A stretch of DNA of 64,000 bases from assembly GCA_964247055.1 (NCBI GenBank), contig OZ176051.1, positions 15,133,085 to 15,197,084 on the forward strand, read 5' to 3'. The notes under the pieces are model-generated. The model searched no databases. It had not been told where the DNA came from and worked only from the letters and a program-made list of their open reading frames with translations. A program made the position numbers and the translations under genes. Origin of the DNA: Paragordius varius. Its lineage: Eukaryota > Animalia > Nematomorpha. Each line of letters starts with the position of its first letter. Position 1 is the first letter of the stretch. Positions 26,381 through 40,621 of this stretch are shown piece by piece.

Positions 26381-28189
26381 TTCGGTACTCCAATTTGAAT
26401 CGAAGTGTTAATTAAAAGTTTAAATATCAAATAATTTAATATTTTTCTCAAAAAAGCGGTGTTGTTTAAAAATGATAAAGTATATAAGACAAAACTATAG
26501 TTATTTATTAATGTTTTTACAATTTTAATAAAAACGTATGATAATTTTAACATTAGGTATATATTAGGATATTATTTGTTAAAACATTGAATTAGATTAG
26601 GAATTTTATTTTCACGATTTATACATATATTTTTAACGAAAATAATTAATAATAAAAATAATCAAATCAAAATAAAAATATAAAATTACAAAATTTCTAA
26701 ATCTTAATAATCATCTAAAAATATATCTATTAACAAATGATAAGGTTCTATTATAATAATTAAAAACCAGATAACTAATATTAAATTAAATAAAAAATAT
26801 TTAAATTTTAAAACAAATTATTTTGATATTATATCACAAAAAATATGATGAAAGATAAAAGTAAAATTAATATTTAAATAAAAATGATTTAATAAATAAA
26901 TTAATAAAACTATTTGCTACTATATAAATACCCATTTTCCAAATAAATTTGAATATTTTTTTCGAATAAACAAAAAGCAGACAATTAAAAAAACCGTTGG
27001 TAATTTAATCGTCTGTCGTTTGATTTCATTTCATATTATATTTAAATTATTTTTCATTTAATTTTGGGTTTAATTTTAAAATAAAATAATTTATTAATAT
27101 TTTTATATATAATTTTAAATTTACTATAAAAGGCAATATTGAATATTTTTAAGTTAATTACGAATTTATCTATTAAAAATTTAAATAAATTTAACAATAA
27201 TTTATTTAACTAATAAATATTATTGAATGGTTTTGATTTACTTTAACCAAGCACTTACTAAATCTTAATACTTTTTAGAATTATCAAATTATATTTATAA
27301 ATATTTAATTTAATTATTTTTTATAATTATCATAAAAAATATAAAATTTCTTTTTGATAACGTAGAATTTGATGCAAATAATTCTAATGATTTTTATTTA
27401 TCAGAGAAAACAATCTGTCAATCCTTTTTTAAACATGAATATTAAAAAAAAAATATTAAGAAGGTAACATGAAAAAAAGTAAAAATATTTTAATCGGGAT
27501 ATCTTTTTTGCGATTTTCCGCCAAATAAAAGTTTGGCAAATTATTTTAGTGAATGAATTTTTATTTTATAGGAGACATTTTTATAAATAAAATGCTTATT
27601 ATGAATTATATCTCTTCTAAAGAATAAAATATACTTTTATTGTTATTATTAAATATAAAATTATTTAATGGTTGACAAATATGATTATGATTCTATCTTT
27701 ATATAATAAAAAGTTTTGTTTAGAATTTTTGCATTCAAAGATACATAGAATCATCCACATTGATTTTGCATATCTTATTTCTTATAAAAGATGTTTGAAA
27801 TATAAATATGCTATTTTTTTGTAGAAAAATATTTTTAACTAGCTCTCTTCAAAAATTATTCTCAATAATTTGCAATAAATAAAGGTAAGTTAGATAAAAA
27901 ATAATAAAAAAACATATTTAATCAAAAGAATGTCTTTAATTATTATTGTTAGGGTTTTTGCATAGACTCAAATGACTCCAAAATGACCACATTTAAACTG
28001 TCCTTTATTAAAGTTAATATTCAACTATTATTGGATTTATATAAGATTTTCGTTTTACGAATTCATGATTAAAAGTGTTATTGTAAAATTGTGTTCACAC
28101 AGCTGGGATTAAGGGATATAAAAAAGTAAATCATTTGTAGTCCCTTTTTAAAGTTAAGATGATATTAGACGAAATGCCTAGAAATGTAT

Positions 28190-31045
28190 TAACTGAACTC
28201 TATGGCTTCTTAGGTTTTTTGAAAATTAGCTCCAAAACCACGCAATTTTTGTATAGCGTCAGTTTTAAACCGGTAGACCCCTCCCATAGACCTAATTGGA
28301 AAAAGCGCTGAGTTAAATTCGTTGCTTTTTAGGGAAAATATTTGGTATTATCTTTGATACCATCATCTCATGGGTTATTTGAAAATACCTCAACACTTAA
28401 TTAATCGTTATATGATGGCGTAGCATATAGGCTTCAACGGCTATTAAAAAACGCCTGACCTTAATTTTTTAAGTAGTTACGGATAATATTTCAAGCTTTC
28501 AATGAGCTCATATGGCTTCATAAATTTTCTGTAAACCAGCTCCAAAACAACGCAATTTCTGTTTAGTGGCGCAGTTTTTGCCAAGTAGCTCCTAACCCAA
28601 TAAAAAAGCGTTGGGCAAAATTTTTGCCTTTATATGGGGAATATCTTGAATTATCATGGATTCCGTATGTTCCAAGTTGAATCATAGGTTTTCTGAAATT
28701 TGGCTCCTAAGGCATGCTGTATCGATATAATGACGCACGGGGGTAACCCTCTAAACTGGGGCGAAACAAAAAAAACGCTCGATTAAAATTTTACTTAATT
28801 ACCTGGAATCATGATTAATTCGATATGCTCTCGACCAAAAATTTTCTTAAAACCAATAAGTCATATGGTGGCTCATTTTCAGTGCGAGGGCCTAATTAAG
28901 GGGTAATTTAATAAAATCACTTTATTAATTTTTTTGCCTGTTTGCAAGTAATATATCAGGCCCTTAATTAACTTTTATGGCTTGATATGTTTTCTTAAAA
29001 GTATCTCCTAAACAACGCAATTTCGATATGGTGGCGCAGTTATAGGCGGGCAGCCCCCTACCCAAAAGCCAATATAAAAAGCGTTCCATAAAATTATTTG
29101 CTTTTATAGGGGAATACCTCTAACCATTAAATCCATATGTTATAAATAGGTTTTCGGAAGAATGGTTTCAAAACTAAATAATAGTTTAATGATAGCCAGT
29201 GGCGTACCGAGCATTTGCGGCGCCCTGGGCATAAAAACTTTTATGACCCCCCCCCCCCTCTTTTTTAAAAAGTTAATAAAACAATTTAGTAAAAAAAATA
29301 CAACATTGTAACCTAAACACCATAGATAAGACAGCACAGTCATATAAATTTTAAATCTCTTAAATATATATATTTATATGATAATAAATTTATTCATTTT
29401 TAATTACATAAATATTCTAATAAATTCTATAATATGGAAATCTATATATTTATAAAAATGGTAAATTCTGGTCTCGCTTTTTTAATTTAGGCCCTCTTTT
29501 TAGCCGCTCCCCCGTAAAATGCCATTTTTTCATAAAACAAAGTCCACAAAAATAATTTTGTAAATCTATTTTTCGACCAAGGTATGAGACCGTAAAAATT
29601 CAATAAAGATTCCACGTATGTTAAAAGGCAAAAATTTTAGTCAAGCGTTTCTATGATGATAGCTGCTGGGTAAGGAGCTACCCACTAATAACTGATTTTT
29701 CATGTGGGTGATCTGTTTCCGGAAAACCGGTGAACCCAATCAAATCCAAACATCGAAAAAATATAATCATTAATGAATGCCCCGACAATAGCTTCGCCCT
29801 TTTTTTGAAATAGGCCCCCAATTCGGGCCCACCCCGTGGATAAACGGGTTGAGACAATTTTCAGGAGAACGTGTTGAACCATTCAATTTCAAATATGATT
29901 TTTGTTTACTTATTTTTGATCGCGCCGAACATATTCGTCTCGCTTTTTTAATTTAGTCCCTCTTTTTACCCGCTCCCCCCGTAAAATGTCATTCCCCCCA
30001 AGAAGTCCAAAGGACTTCCTCGGGCTGCGTAGCAGCACGAGATTTACGCTAGTTATATACAAAAATAATGTTTTTGTTGCATATATTGAATTGATCTTAT
30101 GATAATGGCGAACAATAATGTTTTAAAAAATAATTGTAAATCTAGGCTAGATATTTTAGGGATTATTACCTAATTGAAAAATCTCATTTGAAAGTTCTTA
30201 TTATTTTGCATAATTAAAATTTAATTTTAAAAAATCATTTAGGCGCCCCTAAATAACGGCGCCCGGGGCATGATGCACCCCCCCCTCGGTACGCCCCTGA
30301 TGATAGCGCATATCTTAGGGTGCTAAGGAACGGCTAATTTAAAAAAACCGTTCGACTTAAATTATTGCCTTTTTACGGTAATATTTTAGGCCCTTAATAA
30401 ACTTATCTTAAAAGTAACTTCTAAACAACGCATTTCGATAAAGGTGGCGCAGTTTTAGGCAGGTAGTTCCTACCAGAAGCTAATAAAAACGCTTTATTAA
30501 ATTTTTTGCCTTTCTACAGAAAATACCTGGAATCATGAATGATTATATATGCCTTTCATTAGTTTTTGGAAAATCATCTCAAAACTAAGAAATCATTCTT
30601 TAACGGCTAATTTTAAAAAACCACACGACCTAAATTTTTGTTTTGTTACGGGTAATATTTTAAGCACATATTTAACTCATATGGCATGAAGGTTTTTGAA
30701 ATTTAGCCCTAAAGGCACGCTATTTCGATATGACGATTTTGAATAAAATGGCATTTTACGGGGGGAGCGGGTTAAAAGAGGGCCTAAATTAAATAAGCGA
30801 GCCGACTATGTTCGGCCTAATCTAATAGTAAAAAAAACATATTTGACGCTTTCCAGAAAATTGTTGCAAAGACACGATTTTTGTGAACTTGTGTTTTCAA
30901 AAAAAACCGTTTTTACACATGGTGGTCTCGAACTGGGGGTTTAATAAAAAAGGGCGAAGCTATGTTGGGGCATTCATTAATGATTAGATTTTTTCGACAT
31001 TTTGATTTGAATGGGTTTACCGGTTTTCCAGAAACAGATCACAAA
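28190..31045. repeat. Degenerate ~200-300 bp unit repeat region interrupted by a hAT MITE
   Basis: Recurrent AAACAACGCAATTTC...GTGGCGCAGTTT...AAAAAGCG...AAATTTTTGC...GGGAATA core near 28230, 28540, 28705, 29005, 30420 and 30705. Confidence 0.65.
29197..30299. mobile_element. Non-autonomous hAT element, 1103 bp, with 8-bp TSD
   Basis: TIRs CAGTGGCGTACCGAG / CTCGGTACGCCCCTG (14/15 match); perfect direct repeat ATGATAGC at 29189-29196 and 30300-30307. Confidence 0.92.
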
Positions 31046-31646
31046 GCTAGCATTTTCCATTCTTATAAATAAATAAATTAAAAAATTATTAAACATCTTC
31101 GTAATAAAAGTAAATTATGGTACATTTAGAAAACAGGGGATTTTTATTTTTTCAAAGAAATTGCTGGATTAAGTGATAAATAGATAATCTTAAATTATAC
31201 AGGTAGCTCGCAGGACAATGAATAAAATTAAATATTGATTGAATATTTTACCCAAATAATACTACTGTTTTTTAGCTAGCAAAAGTCAAATTAATATATT
31301 TTAATATTCTTTTTAATAGGACTATTATGCCATCTATTTATTTTATTTAAATATTTATAAATTAATTTTTTTATTGTTTTCGTATTATTAGTTATGTTAT
31401 TTAATTCAAATAAGCTTATATTAATATTAACAAAACAAGGGATTCTATTTAATATAAATAGGTTTTACGATCAGGATTAGTAGCCCATAAACGGTAAAAT
31501 ACAAATAAATTTTAAAAATTTATGATTTATTTGAAATTAAAAACTAGACCATTATTGGAGAAAAGCGCCATCTTCTTATAAGTTATATCATAATTGCAAC
31601 AGAGACTATGAGAAACGATTTTTTTGACAGTGTTTACCACGTGTCA

Positions 31647-31694
31647 TTGTGTGGGACGCGTTTCTTCCTTGTTGTGGACTCATCAGTCACACAT
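31647..31694 (-). ncRNA. Minimal type I hammerhead ribozyme motif in a Penelope-like/retrozyme fragment (~31555-31810)
   Basis: Minus strand TGTGTGA-CTGATGA-GTCC-ACAACAA-GGAA-GAAA-CGCG-TC-CCACACA: intact catalytic core, 6-bp stem I, palindromic ACGCGT stem III; one mismatch each in stems I and II. Confidence 0.75.
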
Positions 31695-31864
31695 AGCGAA
31701 CACTGGTAAACACTGTCATTGAGTTTTAGAGAATTTGAAACCGAATGCTCATAGGTGTAGGATATATTAATATATCCAACCTTCAACTAGGTAGACTAAC
31801 TATCTTCTACTCGTCTTGATTTATGATTCATTTATGTTGACTTTTTATGATATCATAATATTAA

Positions 31865-32420
31865 TGAGGTATAATATATATAGCTAAATATATATAATAA
31901 TGAAAATTAAATTTTGATTGTCACAATATGTAATTATCAATAATATACACTTTTATTTGTAAAAATCATAGAGAACAGTGGTCTTCAAAAGATTCAATTT
32001 TGAAGTTTTTTTAAAAAAACAATTATTTTGCCACACTTTTTTTAAACCCATGCCCTGGAAATTAATGGTTTAAAAACAAATGCTATTAAATAATAATTTT
32101 GACGATAGGAATAATATGAAATTAGTTTGAATCGTTAAATAGACTCGATCAAAATTTAAATATTTCATAATTTTTTTTGTCGTCTATATAGATAAAAAGA
32201 CGAATATTTGATAATTTTAATAAATCACTACATTTAGCCAAATAGTTTTCCATCTCATAATTATTTTCCGAATCTAAAAATAAATTAAATTTTTTTCCTT
32301 TTACGAACTCAGATTAATTTCAGACAGATTCTTTTGGGGAAATTGGATATATACCATTTACAATTTAAATTCACCCTTAAACAATATCCTTGAACAATTC
32401 AAATTTCACCCTCATATAAA

Positions 32421-32485
<65 letters not shown>

Positions 32486-34635
32486 TTATGTTTTTTCAAT
32501 AAAATATTAATACTGAGTTATATTAGTTCGAAAACACGAAAATTTTTTTAGAGTGAATTTGAATTGTTTAAGGGTGAAGTTCAAGGGTAATTATAACCAA
32601 AAACTTTCTTATCCATAAAAATCTAATAAGACAAAATATTTTTATTAAAATAACGATACTTTTTTTTAACGTTGAGATATCCTACATACATTGAAATTTT
32701 AAATACATGGATTTACCAATACGTATTACTTGTTATTTTTAGATATTTTATTATTTCTGTATAGTTTAAATTTTGAGTGTAAACACGTCATTATGTAGAA
32801 TATCGAACACTCAATAATTTTTGAGTGATTTGAAAAGTGGCAACATTTTTTGATTGAGCAAGAACATTTCCTTGTTCCTTTACACTAAGAACTATATGCT
32901 ACAAATAGAAAATTTAAAATATATTATCTTATTTAAATTAATTGACAATTAGATTAACGATTAAAATAATATATAAAAATTTATTTTCCTAACGTGCCAT
33001 CCATTTAATTATACTTAATACATTACTTGAATACATACAACACTTTTTTGTTTATACTACAAAACTTCTTATCAAATGTAGCGAGTTTCATTAATATTCG
33101 GAACATTAAAATATCAATATATTTTTCTGTTTTGTGTCTATATTTACAATTTTTATGTTATTTATTGACTGCTAAAAATGACTTGTATAAATGACTTGAT
33201 AGTACAAGAAATTCCAAATATTATTTTACAATTTATAAATTCTAAGCCATAAAATAATCATTCATAAATCTCTAGAAATTAGCATTGGTATTGGTTAATA
33301 AATTTAAGCGACGTTTTTAACTTTTTAATTTTTCACGGGTTACGAGTTTATAAAAAACGACGATAGTTACAAAAATAAAGATCGCACACACAACAACAGA
33401 ATTATGATGAAAAGTAAGTAAAATAAAAGTTTTTTAAAATTAGATGGCCTATATATGTCCCAATCATTAAATATATTCATAATATATAACCATTTTTATT
33501 TGTAATATCTGTGAATAAACTTTAATTGTTTTTCAATATTTTAAGTCATAATTATAAAAAATAAAATAATTTCTTATCCGTATAAGTCCATATCTTCTTT
33601 TCCGTGCAGCGACTGGCCAGGTCTGGCTTGCACTATCATTACAAGACTCAATTTTTACATGAAAAATGAAATATATGAATAATATTTTTTTAATATCCCT
33701 TTGTCTATGCGGCTTGTAATTGATTAAAGTTATTTCAGATTTATATCATCAGAATATATGTGAGTTCTGGTGTATTAATATTAATAATCTTGGGAAAGAC
33801 GCATGATTTATCTTTGACAATACGATTTGTTTTAGCATAATGCGACCGATTTTGATTTTTGATATCTAACATATAAAAAGAGTAAATATTTAATATCAGC
33901 ACAAAAATCAAAGGAGGGAATTTACCCTTTTTTTATAATAATTAAAATTAAATCATAAAAACAGCCATAATAAGCTAAAATCATCTATATATATACCTTT
34001 TTAATGAAATTAACAAGAATATAAATTATAGTATTACCATTTTTTTTCTTTCTATCATAATGTCATGTTTAAACAATGGGTTATATCTAAAATGATTCTT
34101 TTGAGATTAAATATTTATCTTTATTTAAATATATATCTATATGTATTTCATCAGGATATTTTATATCCCCCGATTTGATGCATAAAAAGGATTTTATAGG
34201 AATTTATTATTCGAAATAAAATTTAAATGAAATATCACTTGTTATATAAAGTAATGATTATTCGAAAACAAATTAGGCTTTGTGATAAAATAGCTAATGA
34301 AGATCACGAAGCAAAAATTAATTAAAGATATTGTGATTATTTATTATAATAAAAACAATGAAATTATTAAAATACAATAATTTTTTGGTAAAGTTTTTTA
34401 AGGCAAACATTAGCTTATGGCGTGGAGCTATCCATAAATGGTTATAAATTGTTGTTCACGTAAACCCAATATCTATCAATTTATACCGTCAAAAATTTAT
34501 ATATTCTCCAAATATTTTTAAGTAATATTTTTGTTTAACAATAAATGTAATGTAAGTAAGCTAAAAATAGGCTGTTTACAAAAAAGAATTAAAACGAATA
34601 AATAAGCCATCTATTTATGTTTTCAATAGTGTAAA
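31865..34635 (+). repeat. Tandem segmental duplication B, copy 1
   Basis: Collinear with ~35300-38065 (offset ~3430), e.g. GCAGCGACTGGCCAGGTCTGGCTTG at ~33606 and ~37052. Confidence 0.9.
32354..32600. mobile_element. CCATTTAC-ended MITE with an internal (AT)n microsatellite
   Basis: TATATA|CCATTTACAATTTAAATTCACCCTT; right arm GAGTGAATTTGAATTGTTTAAGGGTG, right end decayed; (AT)n at ~32428-32486. Confidence 0.65.
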
Positions 34636-34863
34636 AAATGCTTCTAGGTTTGGGTACCGAGTTTTGTATGTTTAAGAGGATATTAAAATGTAAAAAGGTA
34701 CTGCAAAACTCACCATTTTTTATTGGCTAGTGCAGTAATTAAAAAGACAAAAATTTTCAAACATATTCTTATACTTGATGTTTCCAATACTATTAAATTA
34801 TATAATTATGCAAAGATTCTTAACATCCGAAAATTCGTAATTTACAATTAAAGACAATATATA

Positions 34864-34995
34864 CCATTTACAATCAAACTCACCCTATATTTATATTAAT
34901 ACTAAGTTATATTCAAAACATAATTTATATTTAGGGTGAATTATATTCCTTAAATCGAGGGTGAACTTTGATTTTTCAAGGGTAAATGTAAATGG
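34864..34995. mobile_element. Short CCATTTAC-ended MITE
   Basis: TATATA|CCATTTACAATCAAACTCACCCT ... AGGGTGAAC...TGTAAATGG|TGTAT. Confidence 0.7.
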
Positions 34996-35299
34996 TGTAT
35001 ATGTTTTTGTTTATAATCATTTGTTCTATATAATATTAATCTTTGAGTTTATACTACATTTCTTCTGTCTAATCTTTAATTATTATACATTTATTGAACA
35101 TGTTAATTTATTATATATAAAATAGTATTTGATAAATACACAAATTTAAACATTATAAACATATTAACTTTTATAGGTCATAATAGAATATATGTCATAC
35201 AATAACCGCTCTTTATCATTTACATGAAATTAGAACTAACTTAGAGTAAAGCTTAAAATTATGCGGATATTTAAAAATATGATTTTTTAATATAACTTA

Positions 35300-37584
35300 T
35301 AATGTGTTATAATATATATAACTAAATATATATAATGTTGAAAATTAAATTTTGAACAAAATATTGTCATAATTTTATGTAAATATCACTAATATACAGG
35401 TATAATTTTCTTTAAATTCTCTTTTATTGTAAAAATAATAGAGAACAGTGGTCAACTATATTCAAGTTTTTATAAAATAATAATTATTTTGCCACACTTT
35501 TTTATACCCATGCCCTTGAAGGTTAACAATCAAATTTTATGCTAATAATAATTTTGACATTCGATCAAAATTTAAATATTTCATAATTTTCTTTGTCGTC
35601 TTTAGATATAAAAAGACGAATATCTGATAATTTTTAATAAATCACTACAATTAGCCAAATAGTTTTACCATCTCATAATGATTGTCCGAATCTAAAAATA
35701 AATTAATTTTTTTCCTTTTTCGAATTCAGATTAATTTCAGACAAATTATATTGGGGTAAAAATTGGATATATACCATTTACAATTTAAATTTACCCTTAA
35801 ACAATATCCTTGAACAATTCAATTTCACCCTGAAACAATTCAAACTTCACCCGCAAATAATATATATATGTTTTTTCCATAAAGGTATTTTTCATATTAA
35901 TAATGAGTTATTTTAGTTCAAAAACACAAAATTTATTTTTAGGTGAATTTGAATTGTTTAAGGGTGAAGTTCAAGGGTAATTATAACCAAAAACTTTCTT
36001 ATTCATATAAATCTAATAAGACAAAATATTTTCACTGAAAATAACGATACTTTTTGTAAATATTGAAATATCATACATAAGCAAAATTTCAATTGTAAAT
36101 ACATGGATTTATTTATACACATACATTACTTGATTTCTTCAGATATTTCATTATTTCTGCATGTTAAATTTTAGTGTAAACACGTGATTACGTAGAATAT
36201 CGAACATTTAATAATTTTTGAGTGAATTGAAAAAACTGGCGACATTTTTTGATTGGGCAAGAACATTGCCTTGTTCTTTTACACGAAGAAAATATCAGAC
36301 TCAAATAAAAATATTTAAAATATTTTATCTTATTTAAATTAATTGGCAATTAATTTAACGATTTTTATACTTATTGAATTTAACTTAAAATGCGCCATCC
36401 ATTTAATTTTATGTAATACATCACTAAAACCCATACAACATTTTTTATGTTTAAATAATGGTTCACCAATAGGATCATATTAGCAGTTATCATTGAATGC
36501 CAAAAAAACCAAACTATTAAACTTCTTATTAAATGTATCAAGTTTATTTAATATTCGGGACCTTGAAATATCAATATATTTTTCTGTTTTGTCTCTATAT
36601 TTACAATTTTTATGTTATTTATTAACTGCTAAAAATGACTTGTATAAATGACTTGATAGTACAAGAAATTCCAAATATTATTTTACAATTTATAAATTTT
36701 GAGCCATAAAATAATCAATTATAAACCTTAAGGAATTAGCATTGGTATTGGTTAATAAATTTAAGCGACGGTTTTTTTAAATTATTCGCGTGTAACAAAT
36801 TTATAAAAAACGACGATAGTTACAAAAATACTCGCTCACACAACAACAGAATTATGATGAAAAGTAAGTAAAATAAAATTTTTTCAAGATGGCCTATATA
36901 TGTTGTAAATGATAATTATAAAATGGCCCATATTTATAATCATTTTTATTTGTAATATCTGAAAATAAACTTTGTTTATCAGTATTTTAAGTCATCCTAA
37001 TAAAAAATAAAATAATTTGTTATCCGTATAAGTCCATATCTTCTTTTTTTTGCAGCGACTGGCCAGGTCTGGCTTGCCACTATCATTGCAAGACCCAATT
37101 ATGAAAAATGAAATATATGAATAATATTTTTAATATCCCTTTGTCTTTGCGGCTAGAAATTGATTAAATTTATTTCAGATTTATATCATCAGAATATATT
37201 TTGTGAGTTCTGGTGTTATTAATAATCTTGGGAAAGACGCATGATTTATCTTTGACAATACGATTTGGTTTAGCATAATGCGACCGATTTTAATTTTTGA
37301 TATGGAACATATAAAAAGAGTAAATGTTTTATGAATTAAACCAAAAAAACCATGAAAAACACTTTTCAGTTTTATTAAAAATTCAAATTAAAGCATCAAA
37401 ACAATTTAAAAAACAACTAATTGATTATATAACGATTGTATACTAATTTAGCTTTCCATATTATAATTTTATTTTTGACCAATTTGTTATAAAACATTTA
37501 TTTAAGTCGTTATTATATAAGTCTTAGCCCACAAACCAAAATAATCATGCTGATACATTTTTCTATTTTAAAAATCATTATATA

Positions 37585-37627
<43 letters not shown>

Positions 37628-38065
37628 TCAGATATTTTTCATATACGGCTATATGATGCACTTAAAGACTTGTGGATAATTATCAGGATTAAATTAATTA
37701 AACAATGTTTATTTGAAGACATATTAAGCCTTATTTCAATTTAAATAGCTAATGAAGATAATGAACCCAAAATTAATTAGGCTTATTGTGATAATTTATT
37801 ATAATAAAAACAGATATTACTAAAATAATATAATTTTTTTGATAAAGTTTTTTAAGTCAAAAATTAATTTCTGACGAACAGATATCTATCTATAAAAGGT
37901 ACACACTGTAGAAGAAGGAATTCAATATTTATCAATTTATACCGTCAAAAAAAGTTTTATATTCTGCAAATATTTTTAATTATATTTGTTCTTAACAATA
38001 AATGCAATATAATGGATAAATCATTCTATTTTAAATAAGCCATCTATTTATATTTCCAATAATGT
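35300..38065 (+). repeat. Tandem segmental duplication B, copy 2 (includes MITE copy at 35774-35985)
   Basis: Collinear with 31865-34635. Confidence 0.9.
37588..37622. repeat. (AT)n microsatellite; similar tracts at 3232-3256 and 38682-38718
   Basis: Direct reading. Confidence 0.95.
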
Positions 38066-38679
38066 ACGGAATTCATCCTGACAGCCTGAGGTTAAGTATG
38101 TAATGGGAAATTTAATTGATAGAGTTCAGTAAAAATAACAACCATTTTTTTTCATGCTTAAGATTTTGCTGATAAAATAGCACAGTAAAATTTAAATTCA
38201 TAAGGATATAAAGAAAAATTTTTTAAAAGACAAACTTTTTAAATTTTTATATATTAATTATTGTTTCAAGTGGAAACAATGATGTAACACATTCAAATTT
38301 GTAATTATTTTAAGATTGTAATTATATATTTTTTATAGGTAAAATAATAAATTGTTTTCTTTTGAACAATTTTTTCATTCCTATTTTGTCCGCATGATTT
38401 AACTTTTTACTGTAATCACAATAGAATATTATATAGTTTTTCTTAATTTCGATATCTTAAAGAAAATTTATTATAAATATTCATATATCTTTTAAAAAAA
38501 TATTTGTATAGTGTTATTTTGCCTGTATAATAAAATTATTTTTCTTTTTTAAATATTTCATATTGTAAATTTATTTAATCTTAACGAATTAAAACCGTAT
38601 CACAATATTTATACCAATAATATATTTCGAAGGTGTAATTTATCCTTTAATTACGCAATTGAGCACTAATAAATAATAT

Positions 38680-38720
<41 letters not shown>

Positions 38721-39414
38721 TTATTAATCGAACTACTGTTACGAGGACGATAATACAGTTAGATATGTAATTTTTCTACCACTTTCGATCGGATATTATA
38801 CGATTATAATCATTACTTAGTAAAAAGGTATAAAAAAGTATGGTGTCAAAATGATTTATTTTTCTTTCAAGTTTAGGTCTGGTATTTTTTTGTCTATTTA
38901 ATGTAATTATTAGATTTTATAAATTAAAATTTCAATATTTAAGTAAAATTGATTTATAACAAATTACTAAATCTTACCGAATTTTGGCAATAAACAAGCA
39001 AAAATTGTTATAGTACATTTAGTCGTTTTGAAATTAATAATAAATATTTGCCAATACGAAAGCGGCCCTTCAGATCTTTTGATTCTATAATGCGGCCCGC
39101 CTTTACCCCTAATTTTTGTTATAACTAACATTCATATTAAAAATTATATCAATATGATAGATGAAAAAAATATAGATTAGAAAAAAATTCAAAAAATTTC
39201 CGTTTTAATAATAATAAAAAATCCATATAACTCATATGATTAATATTGTAACAAAAGCCACATTTACCTATGCTCAATAAAACAAAATTATTTTTGCCAT
39301 TGTTGTTGTTTTAAATATTTTCATCCTTATTTTGAAACGCATTTATACGGGCACATGATTTAAACAAAAGTTAAACAGATATTTTAAAGATTCCCATGAA
39401 AATTTAATAATATA

Positions 39415-39591
39415 CGATTTACAAATTCAAATTTACCCTAAAAAATAAATTGTGTTTTCGAGCAGTTAATGTAACCATCATTAATATAAAATATATTTTG
39501 ACATAGTTTACATCTGTATATTAATTTTGGCAGTATTTTTAATTTTATAAAAACACATAATTATTTTCGAGTGAATTTGAACTGTAAATGG
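39415..39591. mobile_element. CCATTTAC-ended MITE, diverged
   Basis: TATA|CGATTTACAAATTCAAATTTACCCT ... GAGTGAATTTGAACTGTAAATGG|TATATA. Confidence 0.65.
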
Positions 39592-40621
39592 TATATATTT
39601 GATTGGTTAAATCAGATTTGTATGGAATATATAGCATTGAATCGAATCTATCATATGTCGCTAGTCATCGAAATATCCACACCATATTTCTAAATTATAG
39701 TTAATAATTATACAAACTTAATATATAATAATTTTTTAAAGACAATCATATTCTTTAAACCTTATTCTTTCATAAACTATTTAATTACATGAATTATAAT
39801 TTTACATTTATTTTTTTTGCCACCCATACAATTATATTAAAAAATACAAAAAATATTTAGTTTACTTTTTTATCATTTATTCAATTTTTAATATATAAAG
39901 ATTTAAACGGAACATATAATGCCCCTTGCAGTTAAATATTGGGAAAGGTAAAGCTGTAGGCAGTAGATTAAATGAAAGCCAAAATAATAAATCATTATCT
40001 GGTAAATCAGATATTAAAGCAGTCAAAACCAACATTTTTTCAAGCAAACGGAAATAAAAATGTAGCGTTAGCTTAAAAAATGTTGCGTTTGGTTAAAAAT
40101 GTATTGCTGACTGAAAAATGATATATCACAACTTTAAAATTCCATCATACAAACGTTATAAATGAACAACAACTACTTAAAATGAAGATGACGTTTTTTT
40201 ATCTTGTTATCTCTGGGCCGTTTATTAATTATTACATTTAACAAAGATTAAACTGTTATATGTATAAAATATACACCAGAAATTAATTAAAACATAATGT
40301 ATAAATAACATTAAGAAGGAACGTTTCACTAAATTAAAATTGTATATTTATGGATCGCGCATTAAGTCAATTACAGTAAAAATTATTATCAAATAAAACG
40401 AAAAAACTTTAAGGACAAATATTTTAAAATACAACCATATTTTCAACTTGATTCCTATACATTTATATATCTAACATATTGTATATTTTGTTATCAGTTC
40501 GCCACTTGATTTTATATATTCATTTCAAAACAAGTTATATAAAAACCAAGGAGAAGAATATGGTTCTTTCGTCTCTATATTGAATTTTACTTTATTAGTA
40601 CTTATCAAAAATTTACTATAG

